Below, piece after piece: positions 1 to 8,792 of a DNA stretch of 64,000 nucleotides. The notes under the pieces are model-generated. The model had not been told where the DNA came from. It did no database searches and saw nothing but the letters and a program-made list of their open reading frames with translations. How positions within the stretch are numbered: position 1 is the stretch's first letter; every line of letters begins with the position of its first letter. Origin of the DNA: Acidobacteriota bacterium (GTDB lineage Bacteria; Acidobacteriota; Vicinamibacteria; Vicinamibacterales; UBA2999); assembly GCA_021731165.1 (NCBI GenBank), contig JAKFXY010000074.1, forward strand, positions 2,861 to 66,860, written 5' to 3'. The position numbers were made by a program, and so were the translations under genes.

Positions 1-789
1 CGTGCCGACACGGTGACTGATCTGAACAACGAGGGCAACGGCGGCGTGCCGGCGCTGTTCAAGTCCTTCACGGCACAAGCCGGACTCGACTACGACGTGT
101 ACCTCGAGACGCGAGGTGGCAGCGGCCTGGAGTTCCACCTCGAGAACAAGCTCGGGGTCATCGGCAGGCGTCCCTGGGACACGGTGGTGATGCAGGGCCA
201 GAGCACGCTCGACTTCGACAAGCCTGGCGATTCCGCCAAGATCATCAGGACCAGTCGGCAGATGGCCGACTTCCTCCATGGCCGCAATCCGAAAGTGGAG
301 ATGTACTTGATGGCGACATGGTCGCGCGCGGACCAGACATACCCCGCCAAGGGCGCCTGGTTCGGCAAGCCCATCGAGGCGATGGCCCAAGACGTGCGCG
401 CCGCCTACGACAAAGCCGCCGCGGGCGCGCCGTCGGTCAAGTCAGTGATTCCGGTGGGCGAGGCATGGATGCGCGCCATGCAAGCCGGCATCGCCGATCC
501 GAATCCCTACGACGGCGTCGAGGCAGGCAAGATCAATCTCTGGACCTACGACCACTATCACGCCAGCGCGTACGGGTACTACCTCGAGGCGCTGGTCATC
601 TTCGGCAGCCTGACCGGACGCGATCCGCGCTCGCTCGGCGAGAACGAATGCTCGGCCTACGAGTTGGGATTGGCGCGTCCCGATGTCAGAAAGCTGCAGC
701 AGATCGCCTTTGAGCAGCTTGGTAGCGCAGTTACACCGGCTCCCCTGGTCGTGCCCAGTCCCAGCAGTCCTGAACGCTGCGGCCGGTAG
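1..789 (+). CDS. SGNH/GDSL-like hydrolase family protein, 5' end cut by window edge
   Basis: ORF 13..789 is open to the window start. The blocks VVMQGQS, YLMATWSRAD and a C-terminal D-x-x-H (YDHYHAS) resemble SGNH-fold esterases. The N-terminal catalytic Ser block is not in the window. Confidence 0.4.
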   Translation, partial: RADTVTDLNNEGNGGVPALFKSFTAQAGLDYDVYLETRGGSGLEFHLENKLGVIGRRPWDTVVMQGQSTLDFDKPGDSAKIIRTSRQMADFLHGRNPKVEMYLMATWSRADQTYPAKGAWFGKPIEAMAQDVRAAYDKAAAGAPSVKSVIPVGEAWMRAMQAGIADPNPYDGVEAGKINLWTYDHYHASAYGYYLEALVIFGSLTGRDPRSLGENECSAYELGLARPDVRKLQQIAFEQLGSAVTPAPLVVPSPSSPERCGR

Positions 790-892
790 ATGGCCGGGCT
801 GGGGTCCCTGGTGGTCCTCGATCTCCACGGCTAGGTTGCACATCGACCGAGGGGCTACTCGAACACGAAGCAGCCCCTTGCCTTCGTGAAAG

Positions 893-3208
893 TCAGAATC
901 GCAGCAGGCGAGTGATCTTGAGCGCCAGGGAGCGATTGACCAACCGTGGCGCGTCAGGGGCCAGCGTGTCGCGGCCGTCGCTGTAGACCAGGAACAGTTC
1001 GCTGCCGGGGCGGTATTCCCAGCGCAACCTGGCGCTGGAGGTCAGTGAGTGCGTCGCGGCGTTGAACTGCACCAGGCTGCTCACGACCATCCGCGCGTTC
1101 GGTGTGATGATCGTCCTCGCGCCCAGAACCCTGGCCGTGAACTGGCCATAGGGCAGATCGACCCAGGCGAGTGACATCGTCGGCTCGATGGCAAAGTGGG
1201 GGCTGAGCCCGATGTAGCCGTCGTAGCTGGCTTCCGTCTTCGTGCCGTCCCCGTAGAACGATCCCACCGTAATGGCGGCCCGCCCAGACACTCTGCGCTG
1301 CTGCCCGATGTTGTACGTGAACCGCGCATTGGAGTAGTCGTAGCCACCTTGCGGCACGACGACGCCGGTCGCAATCGTGAAGTTCCTGGGGAGGTACTCG
1401 TACTCGCCGCGGTACTCGACGGCGAGCGAATCGCCGCTGTTGAACTCGATGCCGAAGCTGCCGAATGCCGAGCGGTTCTGCACGAGGGTGCGGCCGGCGT
1501 TCTCGATATAGTCGAAGCTCGCCTGCCATGTCAGCTTGCGCATCAGGCGGCTCGACGGCGTGCGAGGGCTGAATCTGACGCGCCCGAAGCTGCGCCGGAA
1601 GTCGGTGCGTCGCACGTAGCCGACCTCGGGGTTGAACTGCGGTCCGATCGCCAGGTGTTCGGCCTCGAGTCCGTACCGATCGCCCCCATACTCGAAGAAC
1701 CCACGGTAGCTGTCGTTGTTTCCGTCCGCCACGCTCGAACTGGTCGTGGCATAGAACCCACCCACGCTCACGTTCTGAAAGAAACCGAAGTTCGCGTCGA
1801 TGCCGCCGGCCCCGTTCGAATCGTCGCCGACGATCGTTGGCGCCCGACGGGTGGCGATCATGCCCACCGTGCTCCGGCGGAAGACATTCCGTTTCAGCCG
1901 AACGACCGAGAAGTTGGTTGCCGTGGCGCCAATCGACGGCTTGTCATCGGTCTGAATGTTCAGCGCGCCGATGCTGTAGGCGCCTACCTGGCCGGCGACC
2001 CGTGCACCGGCCACGACCGGCACGGTCTGGCCGCTGCTCAAGCCGATCTGCCGGCTGAAGAAGATGACCGGGATTTCCCGTTCGGTGGTGCTGCTCGTCC
2101 CGAGCGGTGCGCCGCCGAAGGCAAAGATGCCCTGTCCTTCAAGGAAGAACTCGCGCTTCTCCGGAAAGAAGAGGCTGAAGCGGGTCAGGTTCACCTGCTG
2201 CAGGTCCTCTTCTACCTGGGCGAAGTCGGTGTTCGCGGTGATGTCGGCCGTCAGGCCACGCGTGATGCCGTATTTGAAGTCGAAGCCGACGTTCTTCGCG
2301 AGATGATTGGAATACGGCACCGTCGCGGCCCTGTCGGTTGCCAAGGTTGCCGCCACGTAGGGCTTCAGTTCCAGGTTCTTTGACTGTAGAGGGGTCTCCA
2401 CGCCGACCAGCGTGCCGGCGGCGTTCATCCGGTTCACGGCCCCCTGGCCGTAGGCAGCTGGTACGGCGCTCAGGTAGGAGTTCTCGTTCTTCCACTTCAC
2501 GATCCGCCGGACGTTGATCCCCCACACCTGTGGCCCGGACGTCCCATAGCGAAGCGACTTGAATGGAATCACCATCTCTATCGTCCAGCCCTGGTCGGAG
2601 CGCGCCGAGCGTGTGTCCCACACCGTGTTCCAGCTCGAGTTCAGCTGGCTGTCCACGATGGACTGGTCCCGAAGCGTGCCGAGCGGCCCGGTCTGGAACG
2701 TGAAGCCGTTCCGCCGATCGTAGAACGTGTCGAGCACCACGCTGAGGCTCTCGTTCTGGATGAGTCCGCTGTCATCCCGGCGCAGCTCCGTGGCAATCTC
2801 GCGTGCGGGCTGGCTGTCGAAGCATCGCGCGGCGATGTAGAGGTTCTCCTCGTCGTACATCACCCAAATCTCGGTTGGCTCGGTCGCTTGCTCACCCTCG
2901 GCGGGTACCTGCTGGATGAAGCCGCCTGCGCCCTGGACAGTCTCGTAGACTTCCTCGTCGAGGCGCCCGTCCAGTGTGAGCGGCGTGGCGATCCGGAAGG
3001 CGCGCATCGTCGCGCGTCCGTTCTCGTCGCGGTTGACGGTGGCCGGGGCCACAGGCGCCGGGGGGCCGTCGATTGGAGGAAGCGGCGCGGACTCCGGCCG
3101 TGCGATCGAGGTTGCTTGAGCGGCCAAGGCCGGTCGTGGTGCGCCGACCAAGCCGGCGGCCAGGAGCATGAGGGCACCGACGATGGCGGGCCTCGAGGAA
3201 CGACACAT
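893..3208 (-). CDS. DUF5916 / CBM9-like outer-membrane protein
   Basis: The internal ATG at 3208 gives a signal peptide (MCRSSRPAIVGALMLLAAGLVGAPRPALAAQ). A CBM9-like LDGRLDEEVY block and a long beta-rich body are present. The C-terminal ...LLRF ends in Phe, as is typical of OM barrels. The track start at 3295 would overlap lepB. Confidence 0.6.
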   Translation of the reverse strand: MCRSSRPAIVGALMLLAAGLVGAPRPALAAQATSIARPESAPLPPIDGPPAPVAPATVNRDENGRATMRAFRIATPLTLDGRLDEEVYETVQGAGGFIQQVPAEGEQATEPTEIWVMYDEENLYIAARCFDSQPAREIATELRRDDSGLIQNESLSVVLDTFYDRRNGFTFQTGPLGTLRDQSIVDSQLNSSWNTVWDTRSARSDQGWTIEMVIPFKSLRYGTSGPQVWGINVRRIVKWKNENSYLSAVPAAYGQGAVNRMNAAGTLVGVETPLQSKNLELKPYVAATLATDRAATVPYSNHLAKNVGFDFKYGITRGLTADITANTDFAQVEEDLQQVNLTRFSLFFPEKREFFLEGQGIFAFGGAPLGTSSTTEREIPVIFFSRQIGLSSGQTVPVVAGARVAGQVGAYSIGALNIQTDDKPSIGATATNFSVVRLKRNVFRRSTVGMIATRRAPTIVGDDSNGAGGIDANFGFFQNVSVGGFYATTSSSVADGNNDSYRGFFEYGGDRYGLEAEHLAIGPQFNPEVGYVRRTDFRRSFGRVRFSPRTPSSRLMRKLTWQASFDYIENAGRTLVQNRSAFGSFGIEFNSGDSLAVEYRGEYEYLPRNFTIATGVVVPQGGYDYSNARFTYNIGQQRRVSGRAAITVGSFYGDGTKTEASYDGYIGLSPHFAIEPTMSLAWVDLPYGQFTARVLGARTIITPNARMVVSSLVQFNAATHSLTSSARLRWEYRPGSELFLVYSDGRDTLAPDAPRLVNRSLALKITRLLRF

Positions 3209-3264
3209 GCGATCGGTTGTCGTCAAGGCAAGCCGGACCGCGGAAGCGAATGCCGGTCGGTTCC

Positions 3265-3879
3265 TCAGAAGACGCGAGCGGTGGGAATCGGCCACCAGCG
3301 GAGCTGGACCTTGCCGATGATGTACTTCTTCGGCACCATCCCCCAGTGACGGCTGTCCGAACTGTTGTTTCGATGATCCCCCATCACGAAGTAGTAGCCT
3401 TCCGGAATCACCGTGGGGCCGAAGTCGTCGTGGCTGCGGTACTCGGGCGGAACGAAGTCGTCGCGCATGGGCACGTCGTTCACGAAAACGCCCCCGTCCA
3501 CAATCCTGACGGTATCGCCTTCTTCAGCAATCACGCGCTTGACGAACGACTTGTCGGGGTTGAGCGGATAGAACAGCATCACGATGTCGCCCCTGCGGGG
3601 CGCGCCCATCCGATACGCGAACTTGTTGACGATGAGCCGATCCTGATCCGCGAGCGTCGGCGCCATGCTCAGCCCTTCGACCCGCGCGACCTGGAACCCG
3701 AAGGTCACGATCAGCGTGGCGTAGACGGCGGCCGAGGCCAATGTCTTGAACCAGGCGACGAACTCGTCCCGCCAGATGCCCAGGCGGCGCATCATGACGG
3801 TCGCCGGGTCTTCGAGCTCGAGGCGCACGTCCGCATGGGCCGGCATGGAGGGCAACTCGGCGGTGTCGCCCTCCTGCAT
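3265..3879 (-). CDS. lepB: signal peptidase I
   Basis: Ser box GLSMAPTL, Lys box KRVIAEEGD and the GDHRNNSSDSRHWG box are present. The start was moved to ATG 3879 so it does not overlap the upstream response regulator; the exact start is uncertain. Confidence 0.85.
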   Translation of the reverse strand: MQEGDTAELPSMPAHADVRLELEDPATVMMRRLGIWRDEFVAWFKTLASAAVYATLIVTFGFQVARVEGLSMAPTLADQDRLIVNKFAYRMGAPRRGDIVMLFYPLNPDKSFVKRVIAEEGDTVRIVDGGVFVNDVPMRDDFVPPEYRSHDDFGPTVIPEGYYFVMGDHRNNSSDSRHWGMVPKKYIIGKVQLRWWPIPTARVF

Positions 3880-3908
3880 CAGCAAGGGCTCCTCCGGGGC
3901 GGCGGGCG

Positions 3909-4697
3909 TCAGAGCTTCAGGTACTCTCGCAGCCGCTTCGTCTGCGATCGGCTGACCGGGATCTCCGTCGCCTTCGCGTCCTTCATCCGAAGGATGTAGT
4001 TCCTGCTGAACCAAGGGACAATCTCCTTGATCTTGTTGATATTCACCAGATGCGAGCGGTGGACGCGCCAGAACACGTCCGGGTCGAGTCGCGCCTGCAA
4101 GTCGTCCAACGTCCGATAGTTGGAGGTGCCGGAAATCTGGCCTGTCACTATGTTAATCGACTCGTCGGCCACTGAGGCGTAGATGACCTCGTCGGCCTGC
4201 ACCAGCAGGAACCGCTCGCCCGTCTTGACGGCGACCTGGTCCCGCCGGACATTCCGGCTAGAAACCAACTTTGCAATTCTGTCGAGCTGGTCCTTGAGGT
4301 CAGCCTGCCCGCCGGCCGGCCCCGCGCTGAGGCGGCGGCGGGCCCGCTGGATGGCTTGATCGAGGCGACTGGCCTCGACCGGCTTCAGCAGATAGTCCAC
4401 CGCGTTGACCTCGAACGCCTCGATCGCGTGCTGGTCATAGGCGGTGACAAAGATGAGCCCCGGCGAGTCCTCTTCGCGGGCCAGCAGCCGCCGCGCCACC
4501 TCGAAGCCGGTCAGCCCAGGCATCTGGATGTCCAGGAACACGAGGTCCGGACCATGGCGCTCGACCACCGTCAAGGCCTCTATTCCGTTACCCGCCTGCG
4601 CGATGACCTCCACCTCGCCGAGTTGTTCCAGCTGATAGCAGAGCTCCTCGCGGGCCAGCTGCTCATCGTCGACGACGATGACGCGGAGGGGGCTCAT
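3909..4697 (-). CDS. LytR/AlgR-family response regulator (receiver + LytTR DNA-binding domain)
   Basis: Receiver motifs (VVDDE, FLDIQMPGLTG) and a C-terminal LytTR block (FWRVHRSHLVNINKIKEI). A 4-bp overlap with the upstream kinase gene suggests an operon. Confidence 0.85.
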   Translation of the reverse strand: MSPLRVIVVDDEQLAREELCYQLEQLGEVEVIAQAGNGIEALTVVERHGPDLVFLDIQMPGLTGFEVARRLLAREEDSPGLIFVTAYDQHAIEAFEVNAVDYLLKPVEASRLDQAIQRARRRLSAGPAGGQADLKDQLDRIAKLVSSRNVRRDQVAVKTGERFLLVQADEVIYASVADESINIVTGQISGTSNYRTLDDLQARLDPDVFWRVHRSHLVNINKIKEIVPWFSRNYILRMKDAKATEIPVSRSQTKRLREYLKL

Positions 4698-6025
4698 GCG
4701 GTGATCTGCGCCGCGGCCATGAGCTCGGGAATCTCAATCCTGGCAATCGTGCCGCGCCCGGGCTCGCTGTTCATTTTGAGTTGATACGCCGCGCCATAGA
4801 TGACGCGAAGCCGCTCCCTCACGTTGGTGAGGCCGATGCCGCCGGACATCGGCTGGTCGAGGCGATCCATCACGAATCCCATCCCGTCGTCCTCGACCTC
4901 GATGAGCGCGCGGCCGTGCTCACGCCAGCTGCGAATGACGATCGACCCGGTACCGACCTTGCGCGCGAACCCGTGCTTGATGCAGTTCTCCACGAGCGGC
5001 TGCAGGATCATGCTCGGGACGATGATGTCCAGCGTGTCGGCACCGATGTCTTTCCTGACCTGGAGCTTCGGGCCGAAGCGAACCACCTCGATGTCGAGGT
5101 ACTCATCGATCGACTCCAGCTCGTCTCGCAGGGTGACGAAGTGTTCTTGGCTGCGCAGCAGGCGCCGCAGAAGGCCGGACAGCTTCGTGATGAGCGTGCG
5201 GGCGGTATCGGGTTGTGAACGGATGAGCGAGGAAATCGACGTCAGCGTATTGAAAAGAAAGTGCGGATTGATCTGGCTCTTGAGCGCCTCAATCTTTGCC
5301 GCCAGCAGGAGCTTCTCCTGCTCCTGCAGGCGATGTTCGATGCGCGCGCTGTTCCAGATCTTGATGGGCGTGGCCACGGCCAGCACCGTGGCGAGGACCA
5401 CGAGCAGCACCATCCAGTGCGATGGGGAACCCAGGTAGAACAGCCGGCTGATGCCAAAGCGGATTCCGAGCGCCTGGCGCAGCAGCTCCAGGGCGATCGG
5501 GGCCAGCAGCAGGACGAACTGCCAGTTGGGCTCGAACTTCCGAATCATCTGCCAGACGTGTTTGGGAAGGTCCACGAACACGAAGGGCGTGAACTGCCAG
5601 ATGGCTTCCTTGGGGCACGCTTCACGCAGGCCGCCGCCGGCAAACCCGCATCCCACCGCGAAGGGGAGCGCGATGAACTCGCCCGCCACGAGCGCCGGTG
5701 CCGCCACCATGAGGCCGACCAGCGCCCCCGCGTACGGCCCCGCGATCAGTCCGGCGAGGAACGCCCCCTCGAGCGTGACATCGGCGGCCTGGTAGTTCAG
5801 CAGCAGCCTGGCCGTGACTCCCGCCATGAGCGGAATCCCGATCGACAGGGTGAAGACGAGCCGGTCCAGCCATCCACGTCGCTCGAAGATGAGGATGTGC
5901 CGGAACCGGCGATACCGCGCGAGCATCGTCGCCAGCACCGCGATGACGGCAAGCTTGACGATGAGCGTGGTCAGCAGGAACTGCGCGGCGGAGAGAAATC
6001 TGGCTTCCTGGAGCACCGCGCCCAT
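4694..6025 (-). CDS. LytS/YehU-type sensor histidine kinase
   Basis: Multi-TM N-terminus, an NPHFLFNTL H-box characteristic of the LytS-type His_kinase family, and a C-terminal HATPase (VEDDGMGF). Confidence 0.85.
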   Translation of the reverse strand: MGAVLQEARFLSAAQFLLTTLIVKLAVIAVLATMLARYRRFRHILIFERRGWLDRLVFTLSIGIPLMAGVTARLLLNYQAADVTLEGAFLAGLIAGPYAGALVGLMVAAPALVAGEFIALPFAVGCGFAGGGLREACPKEAIWQFTPFVFVDLPKHVWQMIRKFEPNWQFVLLLAPIALELLRQALGIRFGISRLFYLGSPSHWMVLLVVLATVLAVATPIKIWNSARIEHRLQEQEKLLLAAKIEALKSQINPHFLFNTLTSISSLIRSQPDTARTLITKLSGLLRRLLRSQEHFVTLRDELESIDEYLDIEVVRFGPKLQVRKDIGADTLDIIVPSMILQPLVENCIKHGFARKVGTGSIVIRSWREHGRALIEVEDDGMGFVMDRLDQPMSGGIGLTNVRERLRVIYGAAYQLKMNSEPGRGTIARIEIPELMAAAQITA

Positions 6026-6067
6026 TGTACCTACGGGCGCGAAATCCCAAGTCCCATGGACGGCTGT

Positions 6068-6628
6068 TTATTTGAGTCCCAACGGCTTGCCAGCCATGAG
6101 GAGGCGAATCGCCTCCTCATGGCGTCTGGCCTTCGTCTCCTCGCGCTTGGCCGACTCTATCCAGCCTATGTACTGTCTGCGATGTGAGGGCGCGAGCCCT
6201 TCGAAGTGCCGCCATGCCGCCGGATGCTTCCGTAGCGCTGCCCGGATGTGCGGTGGAGCGGTTGCGGGCGCTTGGAATCGTGGTGCTCGTGGCCCATGGC
6301 TGCGTCCCGTCGGTGCGCGGTCGATCCCACCTGGCTTCAACCTGCCACCGGACTTCAAGGCCGCGTAGCGCTTCCGATTGATAGCCGACCATCGGCTATC
6401 CGCCTTCCGCGGCGTGAACTTGCGCGCATAGCGCGAGTCATCGAGACGCTTGACCAGGCTATCTACCCAACCAAAGCACAGCGCTTCATCGAGAGCGTCC
6501 AGGTACGCAATCGATGCGACACCGGTGTGTAGCTTATGAAAGATGAGCCACACCTCGGACTCTGAGTCGTGGTGCTCGTCGAGCCACGTGCGCCACTGAT
6601 CAGCGGTCCGAGCGACAAAGGTCTTCAC
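6068..6628 (-). CDS. YdeI/OmpD-associated family protein (candidate last cassette)
   Basis: A GTG at 6628 with an AAGGA about 10 nt upstream gives VKTFVARTADQWRTWLDEHH, the usual N-terminus of this family. The C-terminal half (IGWIESAKREETKARR) also fits. Confidence 0.6.
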   Translation of the reverse strand: MKTFVARTADQWRTWLDEHHDSESEVWLIFHKLHTGVASIAYLDALDEALCFGWVDSLVKRLDDSRYARKFTPRKADSRWSAINRKRYAALKSGGRLKPGGIDRAPTGRSHGPRAPRFQAPATAPPHIRAALRKHPAAWRHFEGLAPSHRRQYIGWIESAKREETKARRHEEAIRLLMAGKPLGLK

Positions 6629-6697
6629 GGTTTGCGATCCTTGCCACGCTTGTCCTCCGAACGCGTCGCCTGTGTCGCGCGGTTCACAGCCACGTTC

Positions 6698-6757
6698 TAA
6701 CAACGGCGGCCGCGCCGGCTCCAGGCGCAATGAGGCAGCCGGCGCCGGATGTCAGCG
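6698..6757 (-). repeat. attC-like imperfect palindrome after DinB cassette (weak)
   Basis: Minus-strand GTTGTTA box at 6698-6704. The stem GCGCCGGCT / AGCCGGCGC has one unpaired G. No clear AAC box at the other end. Confidence 0.3.
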
Positions 6758-7237
6758 ACCTACGGCAGTCCGGATGCGCGCGAGGTGGTGCCAGCTGTGC
6801 CGAAGCGCGTGATCCTCGATGACGAACTGCGCGGTAACCGGGGCGCCGAAGCTCAGCGAGAACGGTGCCGCCCGATCCAGCTCTTCATCGCTGAAGGCGC
6901 GAACCGTTGCGGCCGCCTGGTGACTGTGCTTGCGCAACAAATCGAGCGCCTCCGCCTTCACGACCTTGGCGTGCTCGCGGGCGTGGCCGGCATTCAACTC
7001 GGCGACGACCTGCCAGGTCACATCGATGACCGCGTTCCCGCCGGCGACGGCGCGCGCCAGGTCGATCTCGATGGGGTAGACGAGTGCGACATGGTTCACG
7101 ATTTGGCCCACCGTCCGGCGGTCGGTGGGGGACGTTGGAGTTTCCCACTCAACGTCCGACAGCCCTTCCGCAAAGGCAGCCAGGCTGGCCGCACCGTCCT
7201 CGATGCGGGCGGCAAGTAATTCAGTGCGACGACTCAT
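6752..7237 (-). CDS. DinB-family (DinB_2 / MDMPI_N-like) metal-dependent protein
   Basis: 161 aa with conserved His positions (VNHVALV ... HALRHSWHHLARI), typical of the DinB four-helix bundle. Confidence 0.65.
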   Translation of the reverse strand: MSRRTELLAARIEDGAASLAAFAEGLSDVEWETPTSPTDRRTVGQIVNHVALVYPIEIDLARAVAGGNAVIDVTWQVVAELNAGHAREHAKVVKAEALDLLRKHSHQAAATVRAFSDEELDRAAPFSLSFGAPVTAQFVIEDHALRHSWHHLARIRTAVGR

Positions 7238-7315
7238 GCCATTGCTCCTCAGTGTCTGTGGCCGAATCTACTGCCAGCGTCGACGTGCTACATGACATGC
7301 CCCCGGATAAGTTGC

Positions 7316-7385
7316 GCCCAACGTCAGGCATCAGCCACGGCGTACCGACTCCAGATCGCGCCGTCGGCTGCAGGGCGTGTTCGGC
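7316..7385 (-). repeat. attC-like site A (after antitoxin/ParE cassette)
   Basis: Read on the minus strand: GCCGAAC ... GTTGGGC, where GTTGGGC is a perfect GTTRRRY. The imperfect stem has one extra C on the plus-strand 3' arm. It shares CGTCGGCTGCAG (7362-7373) with site B (8481-8492) at the same relative position. Confidence 0.55.
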
Positions 7386-7395
7386 GGCGCGTCGC

Positions 7396-7701
7396 CTATA
7401 AGATCGGCCCGGCGCCACGGCTCGAGTGCCACAACGCCAACACTTGAAGGACATCGCCAGTCACTCGGTAGTACAAGACGTAGCGAATTCGCGACAGCGT
7501 GACGCGTCGTACTCCGGCCAGCGTAGTCCTGCGTGCCCGCGTACCAAGTTCGGGTTGACCACGGAGCAGCTCGAGCGTGTGGTCGAGGTCCTCGAGCACA
7601 GCACCCGGTGCCCCCAGGCGATGCTGCGACCACCACGCAGCCGCCGCAAGGATGTGCTGCTGGGCCTGCTCGGTGATGTCGAGGCGTAGGGCACGGGTCA
7701 C
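7396..7701 (-). CDS. ParE/RelE-family type II toxin
   Basis: The C-terminal block RRVTLSRIRYVLYYRV...VLALWHSSRG is typical of ParE. The GTG start at 7701 overlaps the antitoxin stop (GTGA). Confidence 0.7.
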   Translation of the reverse strand: MTRALRLDITEQAQQHILAAAAWWSQHRLGAPGAVLEDLDHTLELLRGQPELGTRARRTTLAGVRRVTLSRIRYVLYYRVTGDVLQVLALWHSSRGAGPIL

Positions 7702-7919
7702 GCAAAGTGACGCAACCGCTCGCGCAGGGTCTCCCATGACACCACTTGGCCACGATCGGCCTGCGCGATGGCTTCAAGGAGCGCCCGTTCCTCGTCGACC
7801 GAAACTTCAAAGGTCTGCTCGTCGTCCCGCGCCACGACCGTGACGACCGAGCCCTCTGCCCACGGTTCGCCCTCGACGACGACCTTCCCTTCAACGATTC
7901 TGCCGGTGGCAACTCTCAT
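7698..7919 (-). CDS. putative antitoxin of the ParE module
   Basis: 73-aa acidic protein immediately upstream of, and translationally coupled to, the ParE-like gene. The family was not recognised beyond position and size. Confidence 0.5.
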   Translation of the reverse strand: MRVATGRIVEGKVVVEGEPWAEGSVVTVVARDDEQTFEVSVDEERALLEAIAQADRGQVVSWETLRERLRHFA

Positions 7920-7942
7920 GGATGGATCCTACACCCGGGGGA

Positions 7943-8008
7943 CCGGAACTGGCCCCGCGATAGCTCCTTGCGTTGATTCCGGGAGCTTCAGTCGGTCTGC
8001 GGTTCCTG
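7943..8008 (-). repeat. attC-like site C2 (after deleted DinB cassette)
   Basis: Plus strand: CCGGAAC ... GTTCCTG (boxes complementary at 6/7). Stem AGCTCC/GGAGCT plus imperfect outer pairing. The GTCGGTCTGCG next to the GTT box resembles GTCGGCTGCAG of sites A and B. The plus 3' arm is 2 nt longer. Confidence 0.45.
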
Positions 8009-8016
8009 TCCGCCTA

Positions 8017-8077
8017 GACAACGTCAGCGCTATCGCACACCGGCCGAGTGCTTCAATAACGCCTAGCTTTGTTGCGG
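8017..8077 (-). repeat. second, degenerate attC-like element overlapping the DinB pseudogene 3' end
   Basis: Minus strand: CCGCAAC ... CTGACGTTGTCT. It carries the 9-mer CAACGTCAG (plus, 8020-8028) also found in site A (7319-7327) and at 9699-9707. Stem pairing is poor. Confidence 0.3.
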
Positions 8078-8409
8078 AGCAAACTTGAACTCAAACCGCC
8101 CGCGTTCCTGGATCTGTTTCAGATGATGCCGCAAATGAACCAAGTAGTCTTCGACAAGAAAGCCCAAGCTGACCGCTGCACCCAAGCGTCTTGCTCGTAC
8201 CCAGGAAAGGAGCATTCTTTGGCCCGTTGAGCTCGGACGAATCGCTGGTGGTTATTGGCCGCCGAGTCAACCAGGTGACCAACGATTTCTTTAACGGACC
8301 ATACGTCAGGGCCGCGCTTCGAGGCCGCGACCGATTCATTGACCGTCCGGAGCTTCACCCCAGCCACGTCAATCACCCGGGTAAGTTCGTCGGCTAGTGA
8401 TTGAAGCAT
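8063..8409 (-). pseudogene. DinB-family gene with internal out-of-frame deletion
   Basis: The N-terminal frame (8409..) reads ...EIVGHLVDSAANNHQRFVRAQ...FPGYEQDAWV. The typical C-terminus LVEDYLVHLRHHLKQIQERG continues in another frame and ends at TAG 8063-8065. The roughly 60 aa normally found between these blocks are missing. Confidence 0.5.
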
Positions 8410-8431
8410 TGTGTTCGGAAGTGTGCGGCCA

Positions 8432-8505
8432 TATCAACGCTCGGCGCTCAGCCGCGAGCCGTCCGTCGTCGACCGCGGCTCGTCGGCTGCAGCGCCTTGT
8501 TAGAC
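8432..8505 (-). repeat. attC-like site B (after BrnT/BrnA cassette)
   Basis: Minus strand: GTCTAAC (perfect RYYYAAC) ... GTTGATA. Plus-strand arms are GGCGCTCAGCCGCGAGCC (8443-8460) and GGCTCG[T]CGGCTG[C]AGCGCC (8477-8496). They pair perfectly except for two extrahelical bases on the arm next to the R'' box. The brnA reading frame runs into the site. Confidence 0.6.
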
Positions 8506-8792
8506 CGCGTGTTGCCGATGGTCTCACGGGTCACACGGTCCGCCAGATACACCTTGAGCAAAGACTGGTACGGAACGTCACGCTTGTTCGCCAAGACCTT
8601 CAGATCGGACAAGAGCGCCGTCGGCAGTCGGAGCGAGATCGTCTCGGTCGAAGCCTTGAGATTCGGAAACACCACTTGGCGCGCGTTTGACCAGGTCACC
8701 ACGTCACCCGCATCGTGGGTTTCCCAGTATTCCCGCTCCGCATGCTCTGAGGCGAACGGCGGAACCACCTTAGCTGGCACTCGCTTGGCCAT
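8448..8792 (-). CDS. brnA: BrnA-family antitoxin (CopG/RHH-like)
   Basis: ...ISLRLPTALLSDLKVLANKRDVPYQSLLKVYLADRV matches the BrnA C-terminal RHH block. The ATG is preceded by GGAGGGG and overlaps the brnT 3' end. The C-terminal tail is encoded by the attC-like site. Confidence 0.7.
   Translation of the reverse strand: MAKRVPAKVVPPFASEHAEREYWETHDAGDVVTWSNARQVVFPNLKASTETISLRLPTALLSDLKVLANKRDVPYQSLLKVYLADRVTRETIGNTRSNKALQPTSRGRRRTARG

Noticed and set aside
1196-2383. 395-aa plus-strand ORF
   Set aside because: It is antisense to the well-supported DUF5916 gene. It is Arg/Ala/Gly-rich with no motifs, which is a typical shadow ORF in GC-rich DNA.
6026-6067. Expected terminal attC after the YdeI-type gene
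   Set aside because: Only a 4-bp GTCC/GGAC hairpin is present, with no AAC/GTT boxes. Either the last cassette lost its site, or ydeI is not a cassette.
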